Below, in pieces: positions 1 to 12,525 of a stretch of DNA of 46,532 bases. The notes beneath the pieces are model-generated. The model saw only the letters and a list, made by a program, of their open reading frames with translations. It was not told where the DNA came from and did not search any database. The stretch covers positions 1 through 46,532 of the forward strand of contig JYFJ02006199.1 in the NCBI GenBank assembly GCA_000934665.2, in the 5' to 3' direction. Position 1 is the stretch's first letter, and every line of letters starts with the position of its first letter. Source of the stretch: Catajapyx aquilonaris. Lineage: Eukaryota. A program made the position numbers and the translations under genes.

Positions 1-301
1 CATGCGACTTCTTCCTTTGGTGGTACGTTAAGGATGCTGTGTACGTGCCACCGATGCCAACAACCCTGGATGAACTCAAACATCGCATTGTTACTGCTGT
101 TGAGTCAGTGACAACGGACATGCTGGCACGAGTATGGGAGGAATTGCACTATCGAATCGACGTTTCTCGAGTGACATTTATAAGGTATCAAAAAAACTTT
201 CAAACCTCCTCTTTCATTTGGTGTATAACACGTTCATGTGCGGTTGATAGGTACAGAGCTATATGCATTTGTAATTATACTATTCATTTGTAATCACCCT
301 G
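1..301 (+). mobile_element. Tc1/mariner-like transposase 3' remnant with right TIR
   Basis: CDFFLWWYVKDAVYVPPMPTTLDELKHRI..VTTDMLARVW..RID motif; ends aatcaccctg|ta. Confidence 0.8.
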
Positions 302-408
302 TATTGTAGTAATATATGTCAAAATTTTAGAACAAAGCTAAATTCCTTAATACTCCAAAGAGTCCCATAAAGAATCACCACACATTCTAAGTCACATTGC
401 GTAACTAC

Positions 409-458
409 CTTTCTAATTCCCTGTGTAAAAGGTTTCCAATAGTGATGGGCGCATGGAC
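409..458 (-). CDS. Gene B probable further exon (VHAPITIGNLLHRELE); gene continues beyond the window
   Basis: tttttag / ag|gtagtt, phase-0 start; weak similarity to gene A IELTLSSLLEANFE. Confidence 0.5.
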
Positions 459-883
459 CTAAAAATGCTAACTATTTCCACATTTGACAGGTAATGTTTA
501 TTTATAATGGAAATAATGCAAAGAAAATGATGCCAGGCCCACAAAATTTTATACACTAGGCAAATTTCCACTGTACTCTGTAATTTTAGTTCAATAAGTG
601 TGCTGGTCCAAACCACAACACTTCCATTCCAAAATAATCCTCTCACTTCTACATTATTTTAGCAACCAAACTTATGATCTGGTAAAAGCAATGGAGGAGG
701 CAAAGTATGGCACACAATAAGGCTGCTTTCAAATTGGTTCACAAATATAAAGTAGATTGAATGAGACTTTTACTTTGTATCTCGGAATTGCTATCCTCAA
801 ATCACAATGTTGGCCACACGCACACAGACACTGTGAGAAAGTGCCAGCGAATGTGTTGGATTGATTCTCTATAATCCTCTTAC

Positions 884-927
884 CTGGTAAATGAATATCC
901 AGTTTTCAGCTTCAGGATCAGGTGATT
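884..927 (-). CDS. Gene B exon (KSPDPEAENWIFIYQ), paralogous to the start of the gene A PARP exon (KAEVADEAPWVFVF)
   Basis: 44 nt, tttacag / cag|gtaaga, phase 1 to 0. Confidence 0.75.
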
Positions 928-1179
928 CTGTAAAGACCAAATAATGGAAATGAAATGCCTTCAGAATTAGTACTGCAAAGTTATGCAATGTGCAGATATT
1001 CAAGGGATTCCCGAAAACAAAAATTACACTGTAAATAGTGTCCTTTGTATACCACAATAGAGTTTCCATGAGGGGTAGTGAAAAGTATGTCATGCTGGTT
1101 GGTACTACAGAAATTATTCCAACATGATCATCATGATATGGGAAAGGGAGAGGTGAACAGGAGATCACATTCAAAAGTG

Positions 1180-2231
1180 CAGTAGAATCCCAATTACTCC
1201 ATCACCCATGGGACCAGGGCATGGTTGGACACCAAAAAACGTCGGATAATCCGAAGAGCAAAGAAAACTTTAAGGAAACCTTAAGGAAACCTTAAGGAAA
1301 CACCACAAAAAATCTATAAAACATGAAATTTAAATGTACAATATTATGGATTTTAAGAAATAGGGAAGTACATGTATTTATCTTTTACATACACACTCGA
1401 CTGTGTTGTATTTACAATTGAATAGCCCAATAGAACAAGGGCCGATCCCCATGGTGGAAAAAAGGTGGGGGTATAAGAAAAAATTCACCATTTGTAAACT
1501 ATTTGAGGTACACATGCAGAAGTTAAGTGAATAGGCCTGCAATCACCATGGCCTCCTATCTTGCGATTTTCACTCTGATAGGACAGGCAGGAAGCTGAAA
1601 TTTGTACTTTGGAGTTCGGCCCTTGTCCTATTGGGAAGGAGGCAGGGACTTGGTTAGGAAAAAAGGTAGGGGTGGAAGACAAAAAATCGTTGTTTTAAAA
1701 CTATTTGAGGTTAATGTATGAAAGTAAATCCTTTCTGTCCAAAATCGCCATGACATATTATGATGTGATTTTCACTCCGATACGACGAGGGGGTGAAGCA
1801 GGACACGGCACGAAACTTGTATTTTGGAGTTCGGCCCTTGTTCTATTGGGAAAGTAGATTGGATATTTTTCGAGTGCATGGAAAAATGAAATCAGGCAGG
1901 AATAGCAATCACGTACTGTACAATGCAATGTGCCTTGAATATTTTTATTAAGCTCTCAGTTGTCAGGGATATTGCTCTCTGATGAATCTCCTCTGCCACT
2001 GAAGACTCGATTTGGTGCATCACTGATTGAGGGAGAGTTTGGCATACTCAGAAAGAAATCTGTAAAGGCTTTTAACATTGGTCAGTTCCGAAGCCTTCAC
2101 CATTTGTGTAGTTGGTAATGCCCTGCCCTCCCGATTATCCGAGATTATGGCTGCACGGGTGTTGCCGGGAAATCGGGAAATGGTCCTAATACCATATAAT
2201 CAGATATTCAGAGGTTTTTAATGTACTACTG
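1180..2231. mobile_element. Degenerate pogo/Tigger-like element containing a nested TIR element (1426-1850)
   Basis: Starts cagtagaatccc, ends ..tactg|ta, with ggataatc/gattatcc subterminal motifs; internal TIR cccaatagaacaagggccga ... tcggcccttgttctattggg. Confidence 0.5.
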
Positions 2232-2252
2232 TACATACTGTATTCTGCTTTA

Positions 2253-3040
2253 TCATCATCATCATCATCACCATCATGACATTTCCCTATAAGGGGTAGT
2301 CAGCGATGACGGGAGCCACAAGCTAACCCAAAATATTAACTAAATTAAAACTTGCAAAAATAAACCTAGAAACAACCCGCCCTGCCCCCACCTCTGCCCA
2401 TCTCCGACGACTAACTCTCAATATTAAATTTAAATATTACACTATACAACGCGGTACTTTGCGAAATCCACACCCGAACTCCAAGTGCTGTGCAGAACAG
2501 AGAGAGAGGCAGACACCCTTGCAAGCATGACTACTGGTGTCAACCTATGCATTACTGTGCAAGAGATATTTGCCAACCTTGTAGTTCTGCACAGCACCCA
2601 GAGCCAGAGTATGAATTTCCAGAAGCCGACTCCTCCCACCAACCTGCAAACATTCTAGCCATTCGGAAGAATTCAATGGACACTGCCATTCCTCACAAAC
2701 CCATGAATATTCTACCCATTAATTAACCTACGCCATTTACACCTATCCAAACAAACAACCCTAGCCTCAGCCACGTCCATGGTCCTATTGACACATGAAC
2801 GTCTTGGCTTAACACTTGCAACACCCTTAAGACACTGACCCACCTGGTCCAACCATGTCTTCCTACCCTTGCCCCTCTTACCAACTACTCCACCCGAATA
2901 AACCTTCTTCACAATCTCCTCCTCCTTCATCCTCTCCACATGGCCAAACCACCTTATAGTAGGCCTACACACCTTATCTTTAACAGTCTCCTTAAGATTA
3001 GATCTCTGTGAAATCTCCTCATTCCTAATCCTATCCAACT
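2253..3040 (-). mobile_element. RTE-clade LINE 3' fragment
   Basis: DRIRNEEI..RWFGHVERM..KRGKGRKTWLDQV RT C-terminus; (TGA)n tail; the 3' UTR recurs at ~43920-44120. Confidence 0.85.
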
Positions 3041-3515
3041 ATCATGCAGGATATCAGGGCTCGTTTTGGTAAGGCGCCACTGAGAAGAAGTAACTTTTTC
3101 AAGTGGGAGAAAAAAGCATTCAGCATGGGAAATGTGAAAAGACACTTCCCTTGCTAAATGCTTTTTTCTCCCACTTGAACAAGTTACTTCTTCTCAGTGG
3201 CGCCTTACCAAAACGAGTCCTGATATCCTGCATGATGTGCGTTAGGTTCTTTCCCGTATGAGGTCTCTCGCAGACCCACACAGTAGCCACAAGTCTCTCC
3301 TCCACAGTGAACCCGCTCGTATCCGCCATCTTGCACTGTTAACATTGTTAATTTATTGTGGGCGTTGTTGGGGGTCGTCAGATGTCTCCCCTCATCAAAC
3401 AGTTCCGTCAGTGTCCAGAAGATGTTACACCAGCATCTCCGACACATTTTCCATGCACAGATTTGTTTTGCAGGCAAAAAAAGCCAGGTGTCCTGGGACT
3501 TTCCGCCCACTCTGT
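3041..3515 (-). mobile_element. Tc1-like element 5' fragment with HTH domain and internal foldback
   Basis: ORF 3120-3329 (FTVEERL..RTRFGKAPLRRSNLFKWEKKAF..GSV); ta|cagagtg terminus; 3041-3136 is an inverted copy of 3142-3236. Confidence 0.7.
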
Positions 3516-3620
3516 AGAGACTGGACACCATTGTACGATATATTTCGCGTACCCCCTAAATTGTGTTCGCGTACCCCAGTTTGAAAACCACAGAATTAGG
3601 GGAAACATTTTGCTCCCCTG

Positions 3621-4502
3621 GGGGAGGATTCACAAAAGAGCGCAAACAGATACACCTTCGTAAGTTCAGTTCATTTTTCGCAACTACTTACCACCGGGCG
3701 GATCTCTGCGCCTGGTCGGGGGGTACGTGTAAGTGGGAGAAGTGACATGGCTCCTATTTGGACCGGAGCTAGAAGTCAAAGATAGACCTCACCCAGCCTT
3801 TCCCCAGATAATCCGGGATCGCATGTGGACCCCCCCCCCGTTACATGCCGGCCATGGGTAGGCCTACTCACGGCGTAAAATCCGGCCGACGCGACGACAC
3901 TTGCTGCCGGCAGACGACGAGGGGTTAATCACTCGTCAAGTCCGTATACGCTAAACTTCCGAGTGATTTACCCCTCGGCACAGACAAAGCAACAGTTTCG
4001 GCCAGCTTTGCCTGACTGCCCACTGCCAATAGGTTATTTGTTTAGCTCGGGTAAGGAGTGGGAATAGTGGAATGTGTCCAAGTCCGGCTTGCCCCTAGAC
4101 AATCCGGCGGCAGCCTTGAGCGGGGGTCTAGCCCCAACCCTCAATAAACTAGTTGGTCTCCCTTTTTAAATTTCAGCCGAGTGCTACAATTTTCAGGTAT
4201 TCCACCAAAGATGATAACTCTTTCCAAGCTTTTTCCCACCTTCCCTTAGTATCTTTGCCTTCCGCAGGTTGGCGCTAGGGTGGGTTCTGGCTGGGTTCGG
4301 GTGGCCGTCTAACAACGCAGCCAATAGCGAGCCCCTTACATGACACGTGACTTTTACCCTTGTGCCCCCCTTACACCGAGTGCTGCGCCGCTTTGTGAAT
4401 CACTTTACACCTCTCCCTACAACCGGTTGTAAGGGGAGCGTAAAGATATGGGTGTAAATCACTTACGCGCTCGAAAGTTGCGCTCTTTTGTGAATCCTCC
4501 CC
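3621..4502. mobile_element. PIF/Harbinger-type non-autonomous element
   Basis: TIR ggggaggattcacaaaagagcgcaa at both ends; 3-bp TSD ctg. Confidence 0.8.
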
Positions 4503-4953
4503 CTGGGATGAGTGCACACTTATATCCTAATGTCACGAGCTTGTGAAACTGCACACAGACAACTTTTCCAACAACCTACTACAAGTGCCTGGCACTACTA
4601 CACCATCATGTTTCATAGAGTGAGATGATCGTGTTGCCATTAATTGATATCCTATCCTTGTAAATACCACTTATTGTTGCAATATGACTTCAGGCTTATG
4701 ACATGCACGGGGTATCAGTAATGCATTCACAGCACTATTAATTAATATGGCCCTTTCCAGCAAATGAAAGTTTTAGGCTGTGACAGGCCTGTTAGGCAGA
4801 CCCAGATGACTGAAAATGATTAGTCTATGGCTGCTTTTTTTCACTTAACTGGTAAAGAATATAAAATATATATCTAACATTATCACGTCACTCAGACCAC
4901 CCTAAAAATATTTCCTGCAACAAAACATCTCCGTTGATAAGATTTTCACTCAC

Positions 4954-5065
4954 TTATTGACTGCAGCATTGTCTTCTGCTTAGTCTGGTGAAGATATCGG
5001 CAGATCTGCTTCTGGCAGCCACCAGGTTTGCTTTCATCAGGGCATGGTGTACGTATTAGGTTGTT
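4954..5065 (-). CDS. Gene B exon: finger 3 (NNLIRTPCPDESKPGGCQKQICRYLHQTKQKTMLQSI)
   Basis: 112 nt, tttgcag / gtgagt, phase 0 to 1; paralogous to gene A exon 3 (ES.PGGCQK..C..LH). Confidence 0.9.
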
Positions 5066-5529
5066 CTGCAAATTATTTCAGCATTTACCAAAAGTTACAC
5101 TATATAAGTTCTCAATTGTAATGCAGTCATTTCCTAAGGTTGTGAGCCTTAGGATAGCCAAAGTCTAGATAAGAAATAAGCATTGTCTTGGCAAATATGA
5201 GAATATGAGAATTATTCTCATGTCCTGATTCTTTTGCTCCCTGGAGCATAATGTTATACACTGTGGAAAAATTCAAATTTTTCATTTGATAATAATTAAA
5301 TGAACTTTGTCAAAGGACTTCACAGAGGTATTTAGGTGACCTTTCCCGAGCCTTTGTGTTGGTAAGTTTTTGTAAATCTCAAAAATATCATAAAATGTAG
5401 CACAATGAAAGAATTCTGACAGGTTATGGATTAAAATGAGATTATTTGAGGAATAGTTTTGTGACAGTCACGGTTTCCAGAGGCAATTTTGCAGTTCCAA
5501 TGAACCCCCCACCAAGATTCCATAGTTAA

Positions 5530-5784
5530 CACTGGAACAGTGACGTTGGGTCTTTTAGGACCCCATCCATATTTTAATTTTTATTAATTTTTATATAATA
5601 CTTTTCAATGTATTGACAATATGCAATCATTCTTTGAACAATGCCTAAAATGATTGCTAATTCAAAATAAACATGCACTTCCACTTATATACTTTTAAAA
5701 AATGGCAACAGTTCATTGAAATTATCATTTAATGCATTTTAATTCCTATGGGGTCCTAAAAGACCCCACGTCACGGTTCCAGGG
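5530..5784. mobile_element. piggyBac-type MITE
   Basis: TTAA on both sides; imperfect TIR c(a/c)ctggaac.gtgacgt.gggtctttt; related end at ~24540-24556. Confidence 0.75.
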
Positions 5785-5838
5785 TTAAATGCTTACTATA
5801 AGGCCTTTCAAAAGTTCATTGAAAAACACTTGAATTAC

Positions 5839-5958
5839 CTTAAGATCAATATGAAGGAAATTGCAATTGTGGTCATGGCAATTGCGGTTCTTCCACTTGG
5901 AGCAGATTACATTGGTCTCCCTCGCTGGTTCATGGTGCCTAAATGGACACTGAAGCTC
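5839..5958 (-). CDS. Gene B exon: fingers 1/2 (ELQCPFRHHEPARETNVICSKWKNRNCHDHNCNFLHIDLK)
   Basis: 120 nt, ccctag / gtaatt, phase 0/0; same length as gene A exon 2, 15/40 identical residues including all Cys/His ligands. Confidence 0.9.
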
Positions 5959-6289
5959 CTAGGGGGATATTACAAAAAAAAATTACAGGTTATTGCACTG
6001 CAACATGCTCATGAAAATAAGCAATTCTGCACAAGAAAATATATAACCAAATCATTCAGATCATTAATTGCCGTAAGGTGGGGTGACTTTGTGACAAATC
6101 AGTTTTTCAATTCTCGCGCTACTATTATTTTAAGTTTTTGACTGAAACCAGCACCAGCAGATAGCTGCGAATATGATGCCACTTAGCAGACACCTGGGAG
6201 AGCTCAACACCTCGTGTATTGTTGTGTGAAATGTTCCAAGTTTTCAAATTGCTAAGATTGTTGGCACCTCTTCAGATCCCTAACAGCGA

Positions 6290-6605
6290 CCGGTGTGGAG
6301 GCCGAGATGGTAACGTCTAGGCTTGCTGAGTGAAAAGTCCCAGGTTCGATCCCCGCCTGGTAGTTCCCATTCACCTGCATCGGGAGGTGTCTAGGGGACT
6401 GCACATGGCCCAAACTTCAGACATTGCACCTGCACCCGTATCCCCTCCCCGAAAATCCCTATCCTTACCCAATCTCCTTGATTCCCTGCACCGGAGTGAA
6501 GTTAACTTATAAAATTGAGGGAAAATGGTCGTGTACCACCCCCCTATAGAACCCGTAAAGGGTCATCACGGGGTACAATAAATAAATAAATAAATAAATA
6601 ATTAA

Positions 6606-6660
<55 letters not shown>
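6290..6660 (+). mobile_element. tRNA-derived SINE with (AAAT)n/(AAT)n tail
   Basis: A-box-like ggccgagatgg, B box ggttcgatcc; 3' body similar to the SINE at 26330-26756. Confidence 0.7.
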
Positions 6661-7601
6661 TGCGTTGACAGTAAAATATGTAAATTATTTTGAAGACAAA
6701 TTCATTGCATAAGAAATGATATAACATGATGCCAGATTGAACTTGATTTGTAGAAGATATTCATATTGGCTGAAAAAAAACATGCTGGGATATTCCTGTT
6801 GGCAACACTTGACCATCTGGGATATGCACACACTGTGGCAGGGCAAAATGCAAATGAGATGTCAGGTTACAATATCAAGCATTGTGTACTAAGCTGGTAT
6901 ACAGAGGTCGCCGGGGAAAAGAGCCCCGGGGCTGAAGGGGTTAATCCTGCAGCTAGCATGTCTCTCAAGATGATAGAATCAGACCCACTCATAAATAATT
7001 ATGCAGAAAAATGAGGCAAATTCATTGCCATTTTGTAGGTCCCTGTTTATAAACTTTTCAAAGATGCATGTGGGTAGCGGTAGGTAGGTAGGTCTGTTAT
7101 GTTTCAAAAGTGCAGTGGCATACTTGGAAAAACAGAAAAGATGCTATTCTCAATGTGCATATTGAATTCCAGAACCCAATGGCATCATTTCTAATCACAC
7201 TGCAAGTCAATTTGAAGATAAGCAGAGAAAAAAAACACATTTGACTGGATAATTTCCTCAATAATATTTAGTGAAGGTTATTCCTAATATCAGATACAAA
7301 ACTACAACCAGTTTTTCAGTTCAAGTCATTAAAATCCAGGCATGAAAATTGATCCCTGGATTTATTTTGCAGTGCACCATGATAATTCTTATTGGAGGTT
7401 GTTCCTAATAATGTCAGGGGTCGAAATATTCTGATCCAAAGGTGAAATTTGCACTCCAGTCGGTCATGCTTTTTAACATGTCTGAACCCAGTAATTAAAA
7501 ATTAAGCACTCCAAGTAAGTAACTAGCACTTCATATGAAAGCATGGAGTGCAAACTTAGCACTTTGACAAAAAATCTAAGATTCGACTGCTGAAATGTTA
7601 T

Positions 7602-7602
<1 letters not shown>

Positions 7603-7687
<85 letters not shown>

Positions 7688-7976
7688 TTGATACCCCATT
7701 ATCAGCCTACGGGCTTTCCTAGGGGGGGATTTCTCCCAATTTTTTGCCTGGAACTCTTCCATTTTACTATTTTTCTCGTCACCGGAATGAAGCAGGGAAA
7801 GGGAAGGAAGGAGGCGGCTGTGGCCTATATTACGGTAACGACCCCGGAATTATCCTGCAAGGACCATGGGAAACCACAGAAAACCATGGTCAGGGTCGCC
7901 GGCCTCCGGGATTCGAACCCAGGACCTCCCGATTAGCAGTCGGACACCATACCACTACACCACTGCTGCTTCGGTG
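7603..7976 (-). mobile_element. tRNA-derived SINE with (TTA)n tail
   Basis: Minus strand gtggtgtagtgg..ggttcgaatcc head, ggttttctgtggttttccc core, long AAT microsatellite 7603-7687. Confidence 0.8.
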
Positions 7977-8189
7977 CTGAAATGTTATGTATAAAATTGA
8001 AGCTTAGTTTTTCAATAGCTGGTCCCTGAGTTGCAAAAGTATGACAGTTAAAGTTGAGAATTGGGAATTTTTTCAAATATGAAATGGCCGCAGCAGGCGC
8101 AAGGAACCTGGAAGAATTGCAATATTAATTTTGACGGCAATTACAGATAATGGCAAATATGTTGAGTCACATATTGTTCACTAATAATA

Positions 8190-8780
8190 CAGGGTGTTTC
8201 AGAGCCACGGGTCAAGCGCGCGTGAGGGGGTGGAGAATAATCGTAGGTGGCGACAACCCCGGTCGGTTTTATAAAAGAATTAGAAATACTACAGTAATCA
8301 ATTTATTTATTACAGCCATAAGGCATGACGTCACGTCCTACTTTTTGTTCTAATTGACAGGCGTGGAGTGGCAAATGCAAGGTAAATGCATTGGGTTGAA
8401 CCTGGTAGACCTTGCGGGTTGCACTGAAAAAGGAGCTCTCGTGCTACACTGGCAGGGTACTGAACACACCACTGTACAGTAGTACACTACGTTGTACAGT
8501 ACCCTGCCGGTGTAGCATGAGAGCGCGTTTTTCAGTGCAACCCGCAAGGCTAAAAACCCGTCAACCAGGTTCAACCCAATGCATTTGCCTTGCATTTGCC
8601 ACTCTGCTCCAGTCAATTCGAACAGAAAGTAAGATGCGACGTCACGCCGTACGGCCGTAATAAATAAATTGATTACTGCCGTATTTCTAATTGTTTTATA
8701 AAACCGACCGGGGTTGTCACCACCTAGGATTTTTCCCCACCCCCTCGCGCGCACTTGACCTGTGACTCTGAAACACCCTG
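8190..8780. mobile_element. Palindromic Tc1/mariner-type MITE (copy 1)
   Basis: ta|cagggtgtttcagag ... ctctgaaacaccctg|ta; nearly the whole length is self-complementary; second copy at 38839-39391. Confidence 0.9.
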
Positions 8781-9053
8781 TATATTTAATAAAATTTAAA
8801 TATGCATGCATGATTCCCCATTGTAAATTTATTTTTTGATTGTATGGACTAGCATAGTTGCGTCACATTATAAAGCACATGCACCCGCTTTATCTGCCAT
8901 CTAGCAATCCTCTAATCATCCCGACATACCAATTGATCCGTTTCACTGACACAAATGTTACGTTAATAATAAAACATGCAGTGAAAATGTGCCGCGTACT
9001 GCAGTTACGACAAATAAGTGGTCTCCAGTTAGGAAAAGTTACTCCGTAATATA

Positions 9054-9590
9054 CCGTATTTACGCGCATATAAAACGAACACGCGCATAAGACACACCCC
9101 GGTTTTGAGGCGAAAAATCGTGGAAAATCGATTGTTGACTTATATAAGATGCACCCAGATTTATTGCTGTAGTTTGGGAACTGGCCTCGAGCTGCCGGCA
9201 GCAACCTCGTGTGCAATCTCCCTGGGACAACCTCAACCCGTAAATCATCACTCGGTCATTCAAGAAGTGCTGCCTCAGTAATGAGCTGGATGGCACCGAG
9301 GACGACTTGCTGTGGCGCGACGCCGACGCCGATGAGGAAGCGGCCGACGACCCCGAGGCCGTGCAGGACGACGATGACGACGACTCGGATGGGGATGACG
9401 AGGATCCAGGGACGGCGGAGGAGAGCGACGATGACTTATTAGAATGTGCGATGTTTTTAAATTTTTCAATAAATTATTTTCAAGATTTCTCACGGGTTTC
9501 ACCCATTGTGCTCTGCCGTATAAGACGCACCCTACTATTTGAGCTACAAAAATCGGAAAAAAGGTGCGTCTTATCTGCGCGTAAATACGG
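9054..9590 (+). mobile_element. pogo-family deletion derivative
   Basis: TIR ccgtatttacgcgca with TA TSD; internal RSFKKCCLSNELDGTEDD pogo transposase C-terminal motif followed by an acidic tail. Confidence 0.85.
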
Positions 9591-9656
9591 TATGTACATA
9601 AAAAAGAGAACATTAATTGCTAGGATATAATGTACGTTGTGTTCTACTCAGAGGAC

Positions 9657-9955
9657 TATTATTATACTACTATTATACTTATACTACTCCTTGGGGGGGG
9701 GGGGGGGGGGGNAATCTTAAGTAGTACGCTCCAAGGGTGGGTGGGAGGGGATGTGCAAAGTGCAAGTGCAATGTCTCTAATCGTCATTTTGTGAACTCCC
9801 CCGGGTGGCTTAGTCTGTCGGAAATTGCCACCCGAAATGAAGCCAGAGATGGCCCAACTCTGCACGGATAAAGGTGGGAACCCCGGGTGGGGATTGAACC
9901 CGGGACCTTAATATCCGTGGGCGCACGCGTTACCGCGGCGCCACTTCATCTCCCC
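9657..9955 (-). mobile_element. tRNA-derived SINE
   Basis: Minus strand gtggcgccgcgg..ggttcaatcc; same family as 34727-35541. Confidence 0.75.
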
Positions 9956-10250
9956 AGTGTTTTAGTATTATTATGTAACCATAGTAACAATTTTATAGTG
10001 ACTTTAAAATTTTAACTGTAATTAAGTTTAAAGTTAATTGCACTTTAAATTTTTTTCTGGAATACCTTGTAGATAATTTTTTTTGGCATTTTACATTCAA
10101 AAGGACCACCATGAATTAAAATGATAAATATTGGAGCATATTGTTTTTCATTTATATCACTCCTACTACAAATTTTGGCCAAGAAAAGAAAAAACGGCCC
10201 AAAAAACCCTGTCATCAAAATCAATGATTTCTGTCTGGATATCCACTCAC

Positions 10251-10989
10251 ATTTGGGCATTCTCCTGTAGTAATAAAATCCTTGCAATCTCCGATTTTCA
10301 TCAATTTCTCCTCAGCCTCTTTGGTCAGTTTCAGCTCATCTACTTGTTTCTGAAGATACTGGATCATTTCTGCAGTCTTGTCATTGGTGCCTTTCTCAGC
10401 CTTGTTTTTTGGATGCCCCATCCCTCGGCCTCTGCCTCTGCTTCTGCCTCGTCCCTTCCCTCGCTTCCCTTGGTTGCTTGATGTAGATATGTTACTGCAA
10501 GTATCACTATCTTCATCTTCATTGTAGTTGTTATCCTGCGACTGATGCCTGTGCTGACCCCTTCCGTAACCTCCTGCAACATGCTGATTATATGGCGGGT
10601 AAGGTTGGTGGAATTCAGCCTCCCGTCCCCACTGTGGTGTTGTATAATGTGGTGAAGGGTTGTAAGCATGTTGTGGGTAGGAATAGGATGGTGGCTGAGG
10701 ATAATGGCTATCATGCCCATAGTGGTGGCTGGGAAATGCAGGTGCGTTAAGTGTATAACTGTTGTATGATGGTGGAGCATGATGGTGGGATCTTTGCATT
10801 GGGTAGTATGGAGGTTGTTGGGGTTGGTAAGCGGATTGAGTATAGTTCTCCCAATAGGTAGAGTTACTACGTTGAGGTTGTTGCTGACGACGTGGTGGAC
10901 CATAATGACCTCGTGTAACATGCCCTCGATGATCTCGTGTGGGTGGTTCCTTCTCTTGCTCACTTGGTTGTTTCTGTGACCTCTTGGAC
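10251..10989 (-). CDS. Gene B large exon: Y/P/Q/H-rich low-complexity region, RG repeat, coiled coil, start of CCCH finger 1 (DCKDFITTGECPN)
   Basis: 739-nt open exon, cccacag acceptor, gtgagt donor placed at the same intra-finger position as in gene A. Confidence 0.88.
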
Positions 10990-11475
10990 CTGTGGGTTAC
11001 AAAAGTTTTAAAGAATTTGTAAACGAGAGGGGAAAATAATGGAGAAGTATGTGATTATTCTCCTAGTGTGGTGCCTGTTTAAGCACCTCAATTTTCGAGC
11101 TTGTAGTGAAATAATCATTTATCAGCTGTGACTCAAACTGCCATACCCTTGTAGATCAGCCTGAAACGTGAAATTTGACAGCATTTTTGTCTCTTTCAAC
11201 ACAAAAGAACATGGTTTTGCTGGCTCCATCTCTCAGAAAAGATGCGTAAGCAAGAAAGGGACCTATCCCCTACATCCTCCCCCTCCTGCCCCCCGAAAAA
11301 GCAATAAGCTTTTAATCGGTGAGAAAAAACCCCTCCTTCCCATTCTATGTGCATCCTATTCCTCCCCACTCTTTCCTAATGCATGGGATTATGGTGAGGA
11401 AGGTCCCGGGTTTTATGCCAAGCCTGAGTGTACGTTTGCATTTCGTGCAGTTAGACTATCTCCAGCTTCATCTCA

Positions 11476-12525
11476 CAAGCAAAGTAACTTTTCTTACCCT
11501 CCTGGATTTTGATAATTTTTATAATTTTAATTCTGCTTGGCCTATAGTGTTGGGAAAACATCACCTCCGCTGCTAAATTCCACGTTAGCAGGGTGAAAAT
11601 CCAGCCTAAAGGCGATGTTCCGTAAGCCACAACACCAGCGTTCGGTCGCGAGGCGCTCGTCCCGGCTACCCCGGTCGCGGTCGCCTTTCACCGCGTCTGT
11701 AGCTCTCTCCGTTGCCACGAAGAAGAAGGGTCACCTCGCACGCTTTGAAGTCGAAGGCGATTATAATAATGGAGAGCCAGGACAGGGGGCATAATACTAC
11801 ATAAGAGGCGCAAACATTCGATTCGCCTGTCTCTGTTTGATGGGGCCAACGGTGGCGGCCATTTTGAAGAGAGGCCAACGAGGTGTAAATAGGGTACAGG
11901 CAGGCCAAAGGTCTGCCATCTTTGATGGTTTTGGCGGCTGAATTTGAATCTTTTTGCCGTATGAGCTCCTTTAATGCACTTTTCTACGTATTAATTCTGT
12001 AAGTACGGCAAAAATATTCAAATTCGCCTGTGTTCTAGCCGTGAAGTGCCATGGCCGCCGCCTAAACAATCAAAGATGGCGAAGCTTTGGCCTGCCTTGC
12101 CTGTACCCTATTTACACCTCGTTGGCATCTCTTCAAAATGGCCGCCACCGTTGGCCCCATGGTTGGCCCCATCAAACAGAGACAGGCGAATCGAATGTTT
12201 GCGCCTTTATGCTCCCTGTCCTGGCTCTCCATTATTATAATCGCCTTAAACTTCAAAGCGTGCGAGATGACCCATCTCCTTCGTGGCACCGGAGAGAGCT
12301 ACCGACGCTGTGAAAGGCGACCACGACCGGGGTAGCCGGGACGAGCGCCTCGCGACCGAACGCTGGTGTTGTGGCTTACGGAACATTGCCTTTAGGCTGG
12401 ATTTTCACCCTGCTAACGTGGAATTTAGCAGCGGAGGTGATGTTTTCCCAACACTATAGGCCAAGCAGAATTAAAATTATAAAAATTATCAAAATCCAGG
12501 AGGGTAAGAAAAGTTACTTTGCTTG
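11476..12525. mobile_element. 1.05-kb foldback element with ~450-bp inverted arms
   Basis: caagcaaagtaacttttcttaccc ... gggtaagaaaagttactttgcttg; 3-bp TSD tca. Confidence 0.85.

Noticed and set aside
774..830. 57-nt phase 0/0 candidate exon (CLCACGQHCDLRIAIPRYK) for gene B
   Set aside because: Needs a 53-nt intron and shows no similarity to gene A; not supportable
1940..2060. Possible alternative terminal exon of gene B (tttacag acceptor, short ORF, stop, AATAAA), analogous to ZAP-S
   Set aside because: It lies inside a Tigger-like relic and reads TDFF like a pogo transposase tail; unsupported without RNA data
7595..7936. Poly-Asn ORF
   Set aside because: Translation of an (AAT)n SINE tail
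9307..9630. Acidic 107-aa ORF
   Set aside because: C-terminal tail of a deleted pogo transposase
10364..10963. 199-aa overlapping ORF
   Set aside because: Shifted-frame shadow of the low-complexity gene B exon
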